A DNA stretch of 64,000 nt from the NCBI GenBank assembly GCA_963779415.1, contig CAVZYA010000002.1, forward strand, positions 992,001 through 1,056,000. Reading direction: 5' to 3'. Under the pieces are notes generated by a model. It was not told the origin of the DNA and ran no database searches. It was given only the letters and a program-made list of their open reading frames with translations. Each line of letters begins with the position of its first letter. Position 1 is the stretch's first letter. The DNA comes from an uncultured Acidobacteriota bacterium. Lineage in GTDB: Bacteria > Acidobacteriota > Thermoanaerobaculia > UBA5066. The position numbers and the translations under genes were made by a program. Positions 38,243 to 47,667 of the stretch are shown piece after piece.

Positions 38243-39421
38243 TCAGCCCACCTGCCGGAGGGCGCTGGTGATCTTCGTGAAGGCGGCGCGGCCGGCGGGG
38301 AAGACGCCGCCGAAAAAGCCCATGAAGAGCGAGAAGACGATCCCCGTCACCATCAGCGTCGGGGTGAGACGGAACGCGAAAACGACCTCCGAGAAGGTCG
38401 CGAAGTTCGTCGTCCCGGTCACGCCGGAGAGCGCCAGCTTCACGGCGAGCCAGCCGAGGACGCAGCCGAGGACCCCGCCGAGGAGGGCGAGGAAGATCGA
38501 CTCGAGGACGAAGGAGGTCATGATCGCGAGCCGGCCGAAGCCGAGGGCACGGAGCGTCGCGATCTCCCGGGTCCGGGCCGAAACGGCCGCGTACATGGTG
38601 TTCATCGCGCCGAAGCAGGCCCCGATCGCCATGACGACGCCGACGAAGATGCCGAGGAACTTGATCGGCGCGGCCGTCGACGTCTGCTCGTCGTAGTACT
38701 TTCGCTCGATCTTCCCTTCGAGGGCGAGACGCGGGTCCCCCGCGAGGCCCGCGAGGAACTGGTCGCGCCCGGCGCGGTCCGTCGTCCGCGCGAGAACGGA
38801 GGAGTAGCCGTTCCGCTTGAAGTCCGAGACCATCCCCTCCACGTCGGTCCAGATCTCGCTGTCGGGTGCGGTCCCTCCCGCGTCGAAAAGGCCCACGACG
38901 GTCCAGCGGTAGGCGCCGAACTTGATCGTCTGGCCGACGTCGCAGCTGGCGAAACGGCTTTCGACGCTCTGTGAGACGACGACCTCCGACTTTCCCGGCT
39001 CGAACATCCGTCCCTTCTCGAGGTTGAAGGTCGGCCGGAGCTTCATCCCCTTCTCGCCGACGCCGCGGATCGTCACGTTCGACGAGCCGCCTCCCCTCTT
39101 CTCGAGGTTCACGACGACGACCAGCTCCGGCGAGGCGAGCGGCTTGCCGTCGACGTCCTTCGCGATCCCGGGGAGCGTCTCGATGAGGGGGACCTGGTCG
39201 CGCGAGATCCCCGACTGCAGCTCCGACTGCGAGTTCTGGCGGAGGACGAGAACGTTCTGGTCCGACCCGGACGTGGTGAAGACGCGCGTCAGCCCTTCGC
39301 CGAGCGCCATGACGCAGAGGAAGACCGCCACGACGAGGCCGATGCCGAGGACCGTCAGGCCGGTCGTGATCTTCCTCACGAAGAGGTTGCGCCAGTTGTA
39401 CTTCAGCGGAATCGCGAGCAT
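38243..39421 (-). CDS. MacB/FtsX-family ABC permease, type B
   Basis: YNWRNL, LTVLGIG, MNTMYAAVSARTREIATLRALGF. Confidence 0.9.
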   Translation of the reverse strand: MLAIPLKYNWRNLFVRKITTGLTVLGIGLVVAVFLCVMALGEGLTRVFTTSGSDQNVLVLRQNSQSELQSGISRDQVPLIETLPGIAKDVDGKPLASPELVVVVNLEKRGGGSSNVTIRGVGEKGMKLRPTFNLEKGRMFEPGKSEVVVSQSVESRFASCDVGQTIKFGAYRWTVVGLFDAGGTAPDSEIWTDVEGMVSDFKRNGYSSVLARTTDRAGRDQFLAGLAGDPRLALEGKIERKYYDEQTSTAAPIKFLGIFVGVVMAIGACFGAMNTMYAAVSARTREIATLRALGFGRLAIMTSFVLESIFLALLGGVLGCVLGWLAVKLALSGVTGTTNFATFSEVVFAFRLTPTLMVTGIVFSLFMGFFGGVFPAGRAAFTKITSALRQVG

Positions 39422-39431
39422 GGAACCTCCG

Positions 39432-40589
39432 TCAGGCTACCTGTCTCAGGCCGTCGACGATGGAACGCCTGGACGAACGGATGGCGGGAACGAGGCCGGC
39501 GAGCACGCCGACGGCGACCGTGACGGCGAACGCGCCCGCGAGGACGTCGGGGTAGATCCGCAAGGCGGCGGCGAGGCCGGCGAGCGGAGAGTAGAGGACG
39601 AACGCGCGCAGGCGCGGAAAGAGGGCGACGAAGAGGGCGAGGCCGGCGCCGGCGCCGGCGAGCGAGAGGAGGGCGCTCTCGGAGAGGAGAAGACCGAAGA
39701 CGATCCGTTTCGAAAAACCGATCGCGCGGAGGACGGAGATCTCGGCGATCCGCTCGCGCGCCGCCATCGCCATCGTGTTGGCGGTGATGAGAAGGATGAC
39801 GACGGCGACGATGGCCGTGAGGGAGCGCATCAGGAGCCTCACGTTTCCGAGGAGTGCGATGTACTGGTTCTGGAACTCCTTTTCGGTCTCCGCGCGGACC
39901 GGACTCGGGGAGTTCTCGAAGAGGGCGTTGATCCGGGGGATGAGGTCCCGCACGGCGGCGAGGTCCGCCGCCTTGACCCAGATCATCGTGTAGCGCCCCG
40001 CCCGATACGGGAGCATCTCGTCGATCACCTTCTGGTCGAAGAAGACCGCCGCTTCGTCGTTTCCCTCGTAGACGGCACGGATCGTGAAAGTGTAGATGCC
40101 GGGCCAGATGTCCCCCACGAGCGTGATCTTCTGGCCGACGCGCCAGCCGTACTTCCGCATCAGGAGCCGGCCGACGAGGAGGCCGCTCCGGTCGTGCCGC
40201 CACTCCTCGGCCGACCCCTCCACGATCCCCGCGGTGTCGAAGACGGCGAGGAAGGACTCCGGGTCGACCGCGAACCGCTCGAAGACGTTGAAGGCCGAGA
40301 AGTCGACGTACCGCCCGCCGAACCAGTTGAACGGCGTCACCGCGACGACCCCCGGAAGGGTGCGGATCTTCTCGAGGTGGGCCGCGGGGAGGACGTTCGC
40401 GATGGAGACGCGGTGCCGGACGGCGAGGCGGTACATCCCGCGTCCCTGCGACGGGTCCGCGTCGAGCATCGCGACGAACGTTCCGAGGAGGCAGATGACG
40501 AAGACAGGCAGGAGGATCGAGCCGACCGTCAGCCCGGTGCGCGTCCTCTTTCGCAGGAGGTTCCGGACGACGAGCGGGAGGAACCTCAT
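39432..40589 (-). CDS. MacB/FtsX-family ABC permease, type A copy 4
   Basis: MRFLPLVVRNLLRKRTRT, WFGGRY, ANTMAMAARERIAEI. Confidence 0.9.
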   Translation of the reverse strand: MRFLPLVVRNLLRKRTRTGLTVGSILLPVFVICLLGTFVAMLDADPSQGRGMYRLAVRHRVSIANVLPAAHLEKIRTLPGVVAVTPFNWFGGRYVDFSAFNVFERFAVDPESFLAVFDTAGIVEGSAEEWRHDRSGLLVGRLLMRKYGWRVGQKITLVGDIWPGIYTFTIRAVYEGNDEAAVFFDQKVIDEMLPYRAGRYTMIWVKAADLAAVRDLIPRINALFENSPSPVRAETEKEFQNQYIALLGNVRLLMRSLTAIVAVVILLITANTMAMAARERIAEISVLRAIGFSKRIVFGLLLSESALLSLAGAGAGLALFVALFPRLRAFVLYSPLAGLAAALRIYPDVLAGAFAVTVAVGVLAGLVPAIRSSRRSIVDGLRQVA

Positions 40590-41755
40590 CAGCCCACCTG
40601 CCGGAGGCCGTCCACGATCGGCCGGCGGGCCGCCTGCACGGCCGGGACGAGGCCCGAGAGGAGGCCGATGGCGAGGGTGACGGCGAGGGCGACGCCGAGG
40701 AGGAGCGGGTCCGGATAGTTCCCCATCCCCGCGGCGAAGCCCCCGACCGGCGAGTACTGGATCGCCTTGCGGAAGAGCGGGTAGAAGAGCGAAAAGAGGC
40801 CGAGGCCGAAGAGGCCGCCGAGGAGCGCGAGGAGGATCCCCTCGCCCAGAATCATCCCGAGGATCGTCCTTTTCGGGTAACCGAGCGTCCGGAGGACGGC
40901 GATCTCCGTCACCCGCTCGCGCGTCGCCATCCCCATCGTATTGGCGGCGATCAGGAGGATGACGCAGCCGATGATGAAGGAGATCGATGTCAGGAGGAGC
41001 TTGACGTTCCCGAGCATCGAGACCCAGCCGTTCTGGAACTCCTTCTCGCTCTCCGTCCGCGTCGGCCGGTCGGAGTTCTCGAAAAGGGCGTCGATCTCCT
41101 TTGGAAGCCGCTCCGCGTCCGCCGCCGAGGCCGCCTTGATCCAGAACCAACCCACGAACCCCTTCACGCGCGGGAGGGCCTCCTCGATGTAGGCGTGGTG
41201 GAAGTAGACGCCGGTCTCGTCGGGGCCGCGGAACGTCGCGCGGATCGTCAGCTCGACGGAGATCGGGTAGATGTCCCCCTTGAGGACGATTTTCTGCCCC
41301 ATCTGCCAGCCGTATTTCTTCATCAGAAGCTCGCCGACGAGGACGCCCGCCCGGTCGTGGATCCAGTCGTCGGCGCTTCCCCGGACGATCTGCGCCTCGT
41401 CGAAGACGCGCAGCAGCGCCTCCGGATCCTGCGTGGAGAATCGCGCGAACTGGTTTCTCGCCGACTGGTCGACGTAGCTCCCGCCGAACCACTCCATCCG
41501 GACCAGCTCCGAGACGCCCTTGAGCTGCCGGATCTTCGGCGTCTGGGAGTCCGAGAGCCAGTTCGTGATGGAGACCCTGTGCCGGACGATGAGGCGGTAC
41601 ATCCCGCGCCCGCCCGAGGGGTCGGATTCGAGGGCGCGCAGCAGCGTCCCGAGGATGCAGATGACGAAGAGGGGCAGGAGGATCGCGCCGATCGTCAGCG
41701 CCGACCGGGTTTTCTTCCGGAGAAGGTTCTTCAGGATGAGCGGCAGGTACTTCAT
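40589..41755 (-). CDS. MacB/FtsX-family ABC permease, type A copy 3
   Basis: MKYLPLILKNLLRKKTRS, WFGGSY, ANTMGMATRERVTEI. Confidence 0.9.
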   Translation of the reverse strand: MKYLPLILKNLLRKKTRSALTIGAILLPLFVICILGTLLRALESDPSGGRGMYRLIVRHRVSITNWLSDSQTPKIRQLKGVSELVRMEWFGGSYVDQSARNQFARFSTQDPEALLRVFDEAQIVRGSADDWIHDRAGVLVGELLMKKYGWQMGQKIVLKGDIYPISVELTIRATFRGPDETGVYFHHAYIEEALPRVKGFVGWFWIKAASAADAERLPKEIDALFENSDRPTRTESEKEFQNGWVSMLGNVKLLLTSISFIIGCVILLIAANTMGMATRERVTEIAVLRTLGYPKRTILGMILGEGILLALLGGLFGLGLFSLFYPLFRKAIQYSPVGGFAAGMGNYPDPLLLGVALAVTLAIGLLSGLVPAVQAARRPIVDGLRQVG

Positions 41756-42924
41756 CACCCGACCCGGCGGAGGCCGTCCACGATCGGGCGGCGGGCGGAC
41801 TGAAATGCGGGAACGAGACCGGCGAGGACGCCGACGCCGACGGCGATGCCGAAGCCGAGGGCGAGCACCTCGGGGAAGAGGGTGAAGGTGGTCGCGAAGG
41901 CCGCCCCCGGCGTGTTCTGGAGGCCCCGCTTCAGGCCCGGCTCGAGAGCCGAGAAGAGGACGAGCCCGAGGATCCCCCCGACGAGGGAGAGCGCGAGGCT
42001 CTCCGCCAGGACGAGGCCGAAGACCGCTCCCTGCGTGTAGCCGAGCGTCCGGAGGACGGCGATCTCGGTCACCCGCTCGCGGGCCGCCATCGCCATCGTG
42101 TTGGCCGAGATCAGGAGGATGACGAGGCCGATCGAGATCCCGATCGCTCCGATCAGGAGCTTGACGTTCCCGAGCTGCTGGACGAAGCCCATCTGAAACG
42201 CCTTCTCGGTCTCCGTCTTCGTCGGGGCCGGGGAGTTTTCGAACATCGCGTCGATCTCCTGCGGCAGGCGGTCTGCGGCCGCCGCGCCCGCGGCCTTCAC
42301 GTAGACCGCCCCGGTCTGACCCGCCGTGGAGGGGAGCGCCTCCTCGAGGTATTTCCGGTTGAAGAAGATCGAGCGCGCGGTCCCTTTCTCCGGCAGGTCG
42401 AAGACGCCCCGGATCGTCAGCTCGAGGGTGACGGGATAGGCGTCGCCGACGAGCGTGATCTTCTGTCCCATCCGCCAGCCGTAGTTCCGGAACGAGTCGA
42501 TCCCGACGACGCACCCCGCCCGGTCCTTCAGCCACTCCTCGTTCGACCCTTCGAGGACCGTCGCGTCGTCGAACACCCTGAGGAACGTCTCCGGCTCGAC
42601 GGCGAAACGGGGAAAGAAGTTCTTCGCGCTCTTGTCGACGTACGTCCCGCCGAACCAGGTGAACTTCGTCGCCGCGACGACGCCGGGGAGGCGCGCGATC
42701 CGGTCCGCGTACGTGACGGGGATCGGAACGGCCAGCGAGACCTGGTGCCGGGTGACGAGCCGGAACATCCCCCGCGTCAGGGCGGGGTCGGGGCGCTCGA
42801 GCGCCCGGACGAACGTCGCGAGGAGGCAGATGACGAGGAGCGGCAGGACGACGGAGGCGACCGTGAGGGCCGTCCGCGTCCTCTTCCGGAGGACGTTCTT
42901 GAGGATGAACGGCAGGTACTTCAT
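41755..42924 (-). CDS. MacB/FtsX-family ABC permease, type A copy 2
   Basis: MKYLPFILKNVLRKRTRT, WFGGTY, ANTMAMAARERVTEI. Confidence 0.9.
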   Translation of the reverse strand: MKYLPFILKNVLRKRTRTALTVASVVLPLLVICLLATFVRALERPDPALTRGMFRLVTRHQVSLAVPIPVTYADRIARLPGVVAATKFTWFGGTYVDKSAKNFFPRFAVEPETFLRVFDDATVLEGSNEEWLKDRAGCVVGIDSFRNYGWRMGQKITLVGDAYPVTLELTIRGVFDLPEKGTARSIFFNRKYLEEALPSTAGQTGAVYVKAAGAAAADRLPQEIDAMFENSPAPTKTETEKAFQMGFVQQLGNVKLLIGAIGISIGLVILLISANTMAMAARERVTEIAVLRTLGYTQGAVFGLVLAESLALSLVGGILGLVLFSALEPGLKRGLQNTPGAAFATTFTLFPEVLALGFGIAVGVGVLAGLVPAFQSARRPIVDGLRRVG

Positions 42925-44092
42925 CACGCAACCTGCCGGAGCCCGTCGGCGATCGACCGGGTGGAGGAGCGGACGGCGGGGACGATCCCGGCGACGAGGC
43001 CGACGCCGACGGCCACGGCGAACGCGAGGGCGAGGACCTCCGGGTAGACGTGGAAGGTCGCCGCGAGGGGCAACATCGGGGTCAACATGAGCTGATGTCT
43101 CAGGGGCGGCATGGCGACCACGAACAGCAGGATGCCGGAGACTCCGCCGGTGAGCGCGATGAGGACGCTCTCGCCGAGGACGAGGGCCAGAATCGTCGAT
43201 CTCCGGAAGCCGAGCGTCCGGAAGACGGCGATCTCCGTGATCCGCTCGCGCGCCGCCATCGCCATCGTGTTCCCCGCGATCAGGAGGATGACGAGGACGA
43301 TGACGGCGCCGATGGACGTCAGGAGGAGCTTCACGTTCCCCAGCATCGACACCATCCCGTTCCGGAAGGCGTTCTCGGTCTCCGTCTTCGTCGGGATAGG
43401 GAGAGTTTTCGAACATCGCGTCGATCATGGGTCCGAGGCGCTCCGAGGCGGCGGCGTCCTTCGCCTTGATCCAGATCGTGGAGACCGAGCCCTTGAAGGA
43501 CGGGAACCGCTCGTCGATGACCCGGCGGTCGAAGAAGAGGCTCGCCGACGTGCCGTTCTCGAGGTGGTAGAGGGCCCGGATCGTCAGCTCGAGGGTCATC
43601 GGGAAGACGTCTCCGACGAGCACGATCCGGTCTCCGAGCTTCCAGCCGTACCGGGCGGCGAGGTTCGTCCCGACGACGCAGCCGGTCCGGTCCGCCCGCC
43701 AGTCGCGTTCGGAGCCCTCGACGATCTCGGCGTCGTCGAAGACCTTCAGGAACGTCTCCGGGTCGACGAAGACCCGCGGGAAGGCGTCTCTTCGCTCCGC
43801 CGTCGCGATAACGGCCGCCGAAGAAATTGAAGTCGGAGACGGCTTCGACGCCCGGGAGCTGCCGGATCTTCTCCTCGTAGGCCGACGGCAGGGTGCTCAA
43901 AAGGGAGACGCGGTGGCGAACGACGAGCCGGAACGATCCGCGCACCGTCCTCGGGTCCGGCGCCTCCAGCGCCTTCAGGAAGGTCCCCATGAGGCAGATG
44001 ACGAGGAGCGGCAGGACAATCGACGCGGCCGTCAGGGCCGTCCGCGTCCTCTTCCGGAAGACGTTCTTCAGTACGAGGGGCAGGAACTTCAC
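42924..44092 (-). CDS. MacB/FtsX-family ABC permease, type A copy 1; frameshifts ~43790 and ~43395
   Basis: VKFLPLVLKNVFRKRTRT, FFGGRY, GNTMAMAARERITEI spread over three frames. Confidence 0.85.
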
Positions 44093-44847
44093 GGACGCGG
44101 CTCGAAGCCGGCCGAGGCGGCGATGGCCGCGGCCATCCCGACCTCCTTCTTGTCCCCCTCGGCCCGGATGTCCTCCCTGAGGACCCCCTTGTCGAGGTGG
44201 ACGAGACGGTGGGCCCGGGCCGCGGCGCGCGGGTCGTGCGTCACCATCACGATCGTCTTTGCGAACTCGTCGTTGAGCCTCTCGATGAGGACGAGCACCT
44301 CTTCGGCACTCCTGGCGTCGAGGTCGCCGGTCGGCTCGTCGGCCACGAGGAGCTTCGGGTCGGTCGCGATGGCGCGCGCGATGGCGACGCGCTGCTCCTG
44401 CCCGCCCGAGAGCTGACGCGGGTAGTGGTCCATCCGGTCGGAGAGGCCGACGATCGAGAGGGCCAGCTCCACCTGCTTGCGCCGCCGTGCGCGGGGAAGG
44501 TCGGTCAGGAGGAGCGGCAGCTCGACGTTCTCGAACGCCGTCAGGACCGGGACGAGGTTGTAGAGCTGGAAGATGAAGCCGACGTTCCGGCTCCGCCACT
44601 TCGCGAGCCCCGCCTCGCCCATTCCGTCGATCTCCTTCCCCCCGACGTTGATCCGGCCCGAGGTGGGGCGGTCGATGCCGGCGATGAGGTTCAGGAGCGT
44701 CGTCTTCCCCGACCCCGACGGGCCCATCAGCGCGAGGAACTCCCCCGCGTCGACCGCGAGGTTCAGGCCCGAAAGGACCGTCAGCGTCTGCGTGTCGCGC
44801 TGGTACGCCTTGACGAGGTTCTCGATCCGGATGAACGGCTCGGCCAT
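44089..44847 (-). CDS. ABC ATP-binding protein (LolD/MacB type)
   Basis: GPSGSGKT, LSGGQEQRVAIARA, ADEPTG, VTHD. Confidence 0.93.
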   Translation of the reverse strand: MAEPFIRIENLVKAYQRDTQTLTVLSGLNLAVDAGEFLALMGPSGSGKTTLLNLIAGIDRPTSGRINVGGKEIDGMGEAGLAKWRSRNVGFIFQLYNLVPVLTAFENVELPLLLTDLPRARRRKQVELALSIVGLSDRMDHYPRQLSGGQEQRVAIARAIATDPKLLVADEPTGDLDARSAEEVLVLIERLNDEFAKTIVMVTHDPRAAARAHRLVHLDKGVLREDIRAEGDKKEVGMAAAIAASAGFEPRP

Positions 44848-44887
44848 CGCTCTCTCCTCCGCTACCGGCGCGGGGCGCCGGGGCGAT

Positions 44888-46096
44888 TCAGTCCTTCTTG
44901 ACGCGGACCTTCTGGTCGGCGTACCACGTCCGGGCACCCGCCGCGTCGGCGACGATCTCTTCGCCCCCGGTGGCTCCCGACGTCACTTCGATCTGCGAGG
45001 CCGCGGCGGGTCCGAGGACGAGCGGACGAAAGACCGCCCGGTCCCCCTGCACGAAGAGCGCCCCCTTCCTGCCGCCCACCTCGACGATCGAGGCGGCGGG
45101 GACCATCACCTTCGGCTTCGCCCCCTCGGCGGGCTTCGCCTTCGGGTCGATGAAGACGACCCGGCACGACATCTCGGGGAGAATCCGCGAATCGCGGTCG
45201 AGGATCTCGACCTTCACCTTGACCGATCCCTTCTGCCGGTCGGCGGTCGGGACGATCTGCCGGAGGCGCGCCTCGTAAGGGTGGTCGGGATAGGCGTCGA
45301 GCGTCACCTGCGCGGGCTGCCCGAGGGAAAGCTTGCCGAGGTTCTGCTCGTTGATGTCTGCTTCCATCTCCAGCGACGAGAGGTCCACGATGATGGCGAA
45401 CGTCGCCCCGGCCGAGCCTGCTCCGCCGAAGCCCTGCGGGGCGACCGTCTCCCCGACGAACGCCTTCTTGACCGTGACGACGCCGTCGATCGGGGAGTAG
45501 ATCTCGGCGTTCTTGATCAGCTCCTCGGTGTAGCGGACCTGCTGGTCGATCGAGGCGATCTGCGCCACGAGCGAGCGGACCTGCGCGTCGGCCGTGTCGA
45601 ACGCCTGCTGGGTCCCGATCTTGTCGGCGAGAAGCGCCTTGGCCCGCTCGCGGTCCCTCTTCGCGTTTTCGAGCTGGGCGACGACCTGGTCCTTCGTCGC
45701 GAGGTACTGCTTCTTCTGCGCCTCCAGCTCCGGCGACTCGAGGCGGGCGACCAGCTCCCCCTTCTTCACGCGCTGCCCTTCCTCGAGGTTCATCCACTCG
45801 ATCCGGCCGACAGTCTTCGGGGAGATCTCGGCCTTCGACCGGGCCACGATGTAGCCGGAAGCCGTGAGGACGGTGGAAGCCTGCGTCGGCGTGACGAGGG
45901 CGATCCGCGTCGTCGTCACTTCCGGCGGCCGGAGGGTGACGCCGCCGCTCCGGCGGGCCCAGACGATGAGGGCCGCCGCCGCGACGGCGAGGAGGGTCGC
46001 GACGACGGGCCAGACGAGACGCCGCCCACCCGGGGGCTGGTCCCGGTCGATCCGGAGCGCGGTCAGGTCGGCGGTCTTGTTGAGGGGTTCCGTCAT
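44888..46096 (-). CDS. Periplasmic adaptor (MacA/HlyD-type membrane fusion protein)
   Basis: N-terminal TM, ASGYIVA, IYSPIDGVV, PTADRQKG, PEMS. Confidence 0.9.
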   Translation of the reverse strand: MTEPLNKTADLTALRIDRDQPPGGRRLVWPVVATLLAVAAAALIVWARRSGGVTLRPPEVTTTRIALVTPTQASTVLTASGYIVARSKAEISPKTVGRIEWMNLEEGQRVKKGELVARLESPELEAQKKQYLATKDQVVAQLENAKRDRERAKALLADKIGTQQAFDTADAQVRSLVAQIASIDQQVRYTEELIKNAEIYSPIDGVVTVKKAFVGETVAPQGFGGAGSAGATFAIIVDLSSLEMEADINEQNLGKLSLGQPAQVTLDAYPDHPYEARLRQIVPTADRQKGSVKVKVEILDRDSRILPEMSCRVVFIDPKAKPAEGAKPKVMVPAASIVEVGGRKGALFVQGDRAVFRPLVLGPAAASQIEVTSGATGGEEIVADAAGARTWYADQKVRVKKD

Positions 46097-46192
46097 CGGA
46101 TCCGTTCGTGGTCGAAGCGGGGGCAAACGAGTCTACAGCGCCGCCCCGGACCTCGATCCATCCTCCCTACGACGGACGGCTCCGTTCGGCTT

Positions 46193-47641
46193 TCAGCCCG
46201 CGGCCCGCTCGGCGGCAGCGGCCGTTCGGAGGGAATCGAGCAGCTTCTCGAGGTGCCGCCACTCCGTCCGGGCGCTTCCGATCGCGGCGCGAAGGACGTA
46301 TCGACCGGAGAGCGCGGTGTGCGAGATGAAGCTCCGCCCGTCGGCGTTCACCGCCTCGAGGATCCGGCGGTTCGCCGCGTCGGCCTCCTCCGGAGAGACG
46401 CCGGGAAAATCGAAGCGGAAGGCGACGACGGAGAACGGGGTCGGCGCCACGATCGAAAGCCCCGGAATCCTCTCCAGCTCCTCCCGAAGCCTCCGGGCGA
46501 GCGCGAGGTGTTTCCGGATGACCTCGCGGACCCCTTCGACGCCGAAAGCGCGGAGCGTCATCCACATCTTGAGGGCGCGGAAGCGGCGGCCGAGCTGAAT
46601 GCCGTAGTCCATGTACTCGCGGACGCTTCCGGCCTGGTTCTCCGGCGTCTCGAGGTAGACGGGGACGACGGAGAAGGCGCGGCGGACCCGCTCCATTCGC
46701 CGGAAGAAGAGCGCGGTGCACTCGAGCGGGGCGAGCATCCATTTGTGCGGATTGAAGACGATTGAGTCGGCCCGCTCCCATCCCGAGAAGAGGGGGCGCA
46801 TCTCGGGGAGCGAGGCCGCCGCGCCGGCATACGCCGCGTCGACGTGGAGCCACAGCCTCTCCCGCTGGCAGAGCGTGGCGATCTCCCCGCACGGGTCGAC
46901 GCTCGTGACGCCGGTCGTCCCGACCGTGGCAACGGCCGCGACCGGGACGCGCCACGCCGCACGGTCCTCCGCGATCGTCCTCGCGAGCGCCTCGGGGCGC
47001 ATCCGGAACTCGCCGTCGACGGGAATCTTCCGGAGGCCCGACGTCCCGAAACCGAGGACGACGCAGGCCTTGTCGATGGAGGAGTGCGCAAGCTCCGAGG
47101 CGTAGACGACTCCCGTGCCGCGCCCCGCGAGCCCCGTCTTCCGGAGGTCCGGGAAGGCCTGCTCGCGGGCGGCGGCGAGCGCGATCAGCGAGCCGGACGA
47201 GGCCGTGTCGGCGAGCTGCCCGTCGAAGCCGTCCTTCCCGGCCGGAAGTCCGACGATCGAAAGGAGCCAGCGGACGACGACCTGCTCCATCTCCGTCAGG
47301 ACGGGCGAGGTTCGCCAGAGGATCCCGGTCTGGTTGTATCCGGCCGCGAGAAAGTCCCCGACGACGCCGGGGGCCGCGCCGGTATTGGCGAAGTACGCCA
47401 TGTAACCGGGGTGCTGCCAGTGGGTCAGGTTGGGCTCCACGATCGCGTCGAGGTCCCGCTCGATCGCCTCCCAAGCCTCCGGCTCCTCGGGCGGCTCCGG
47501 AGGGAGCGAGGCGATCACCTCGCCCGGCCTCGTCCGCGCGAGGACGGGGCGCGACTCCAGCGTCTCGAAATACCGCGTCAGCCGGTCGACGGCCGAAGTG
47601 GCCATTTTCCGGAACTCTTCGGGGGGAAAGTCGCCGACCAT
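46193..47641 (-). CDS. Aromatic-L-amino-acid decarboxylase (PLP group II)
   Basis: THWQHP, AHSSIDKA, HVDAAYAG, NPHKW, RRFRALK. Confidence 0.92.
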   Translation of the reverse strand: MVGDFPPEEFRKMATSAVDRLTRYFETLESRPVLARTRPGEVIASLPPEPPEEPEAWEAIERDLDAIVEPNLTHWQHPGYMAYFANTGAAPGVVGDFLAAGYNQTGILWRTSPVLTEMEQVVVRWLLSIVGLPAGKDGFDGQLADTASSGSLIALAAAREQAFPDLRKTGLAGRGTGVVYASELAHSSIDKACVVLGFGTSGLRKIPVDGEFRMRPEALARTIAEDRAAWRVPVAAVATVGTTGVTSVDPCGEIATLCQRERLWLHVDAAYAGAAASLPEMRPLFSGWERADSIVFNPHKWMLAPLECTALFFRRMERVRRAFSVVPVYLETPENQAGSVREYMDYGIQLGRRFRALKMWMTLRAFGVEGVREVIRKHLALARRLREELERIPGLSIVAPTPFSVVAFRFDFPGVSPEEADAANRRILEAVNADGRSFISHTALSGRYVLRAAIGSARTEWRHLEKLLDSLRTAAAAERAAG

Positions 47642-47667
47642 GGCCCCGAGTCTACGGCGCCCGTGTC

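Noticed and set aside
37480-38250. Flanking direct repeat around the NTase pair
   Set aside because: Only short patches match (ATCGTC, CTCAG), not distinguishable from chance at this GC content.
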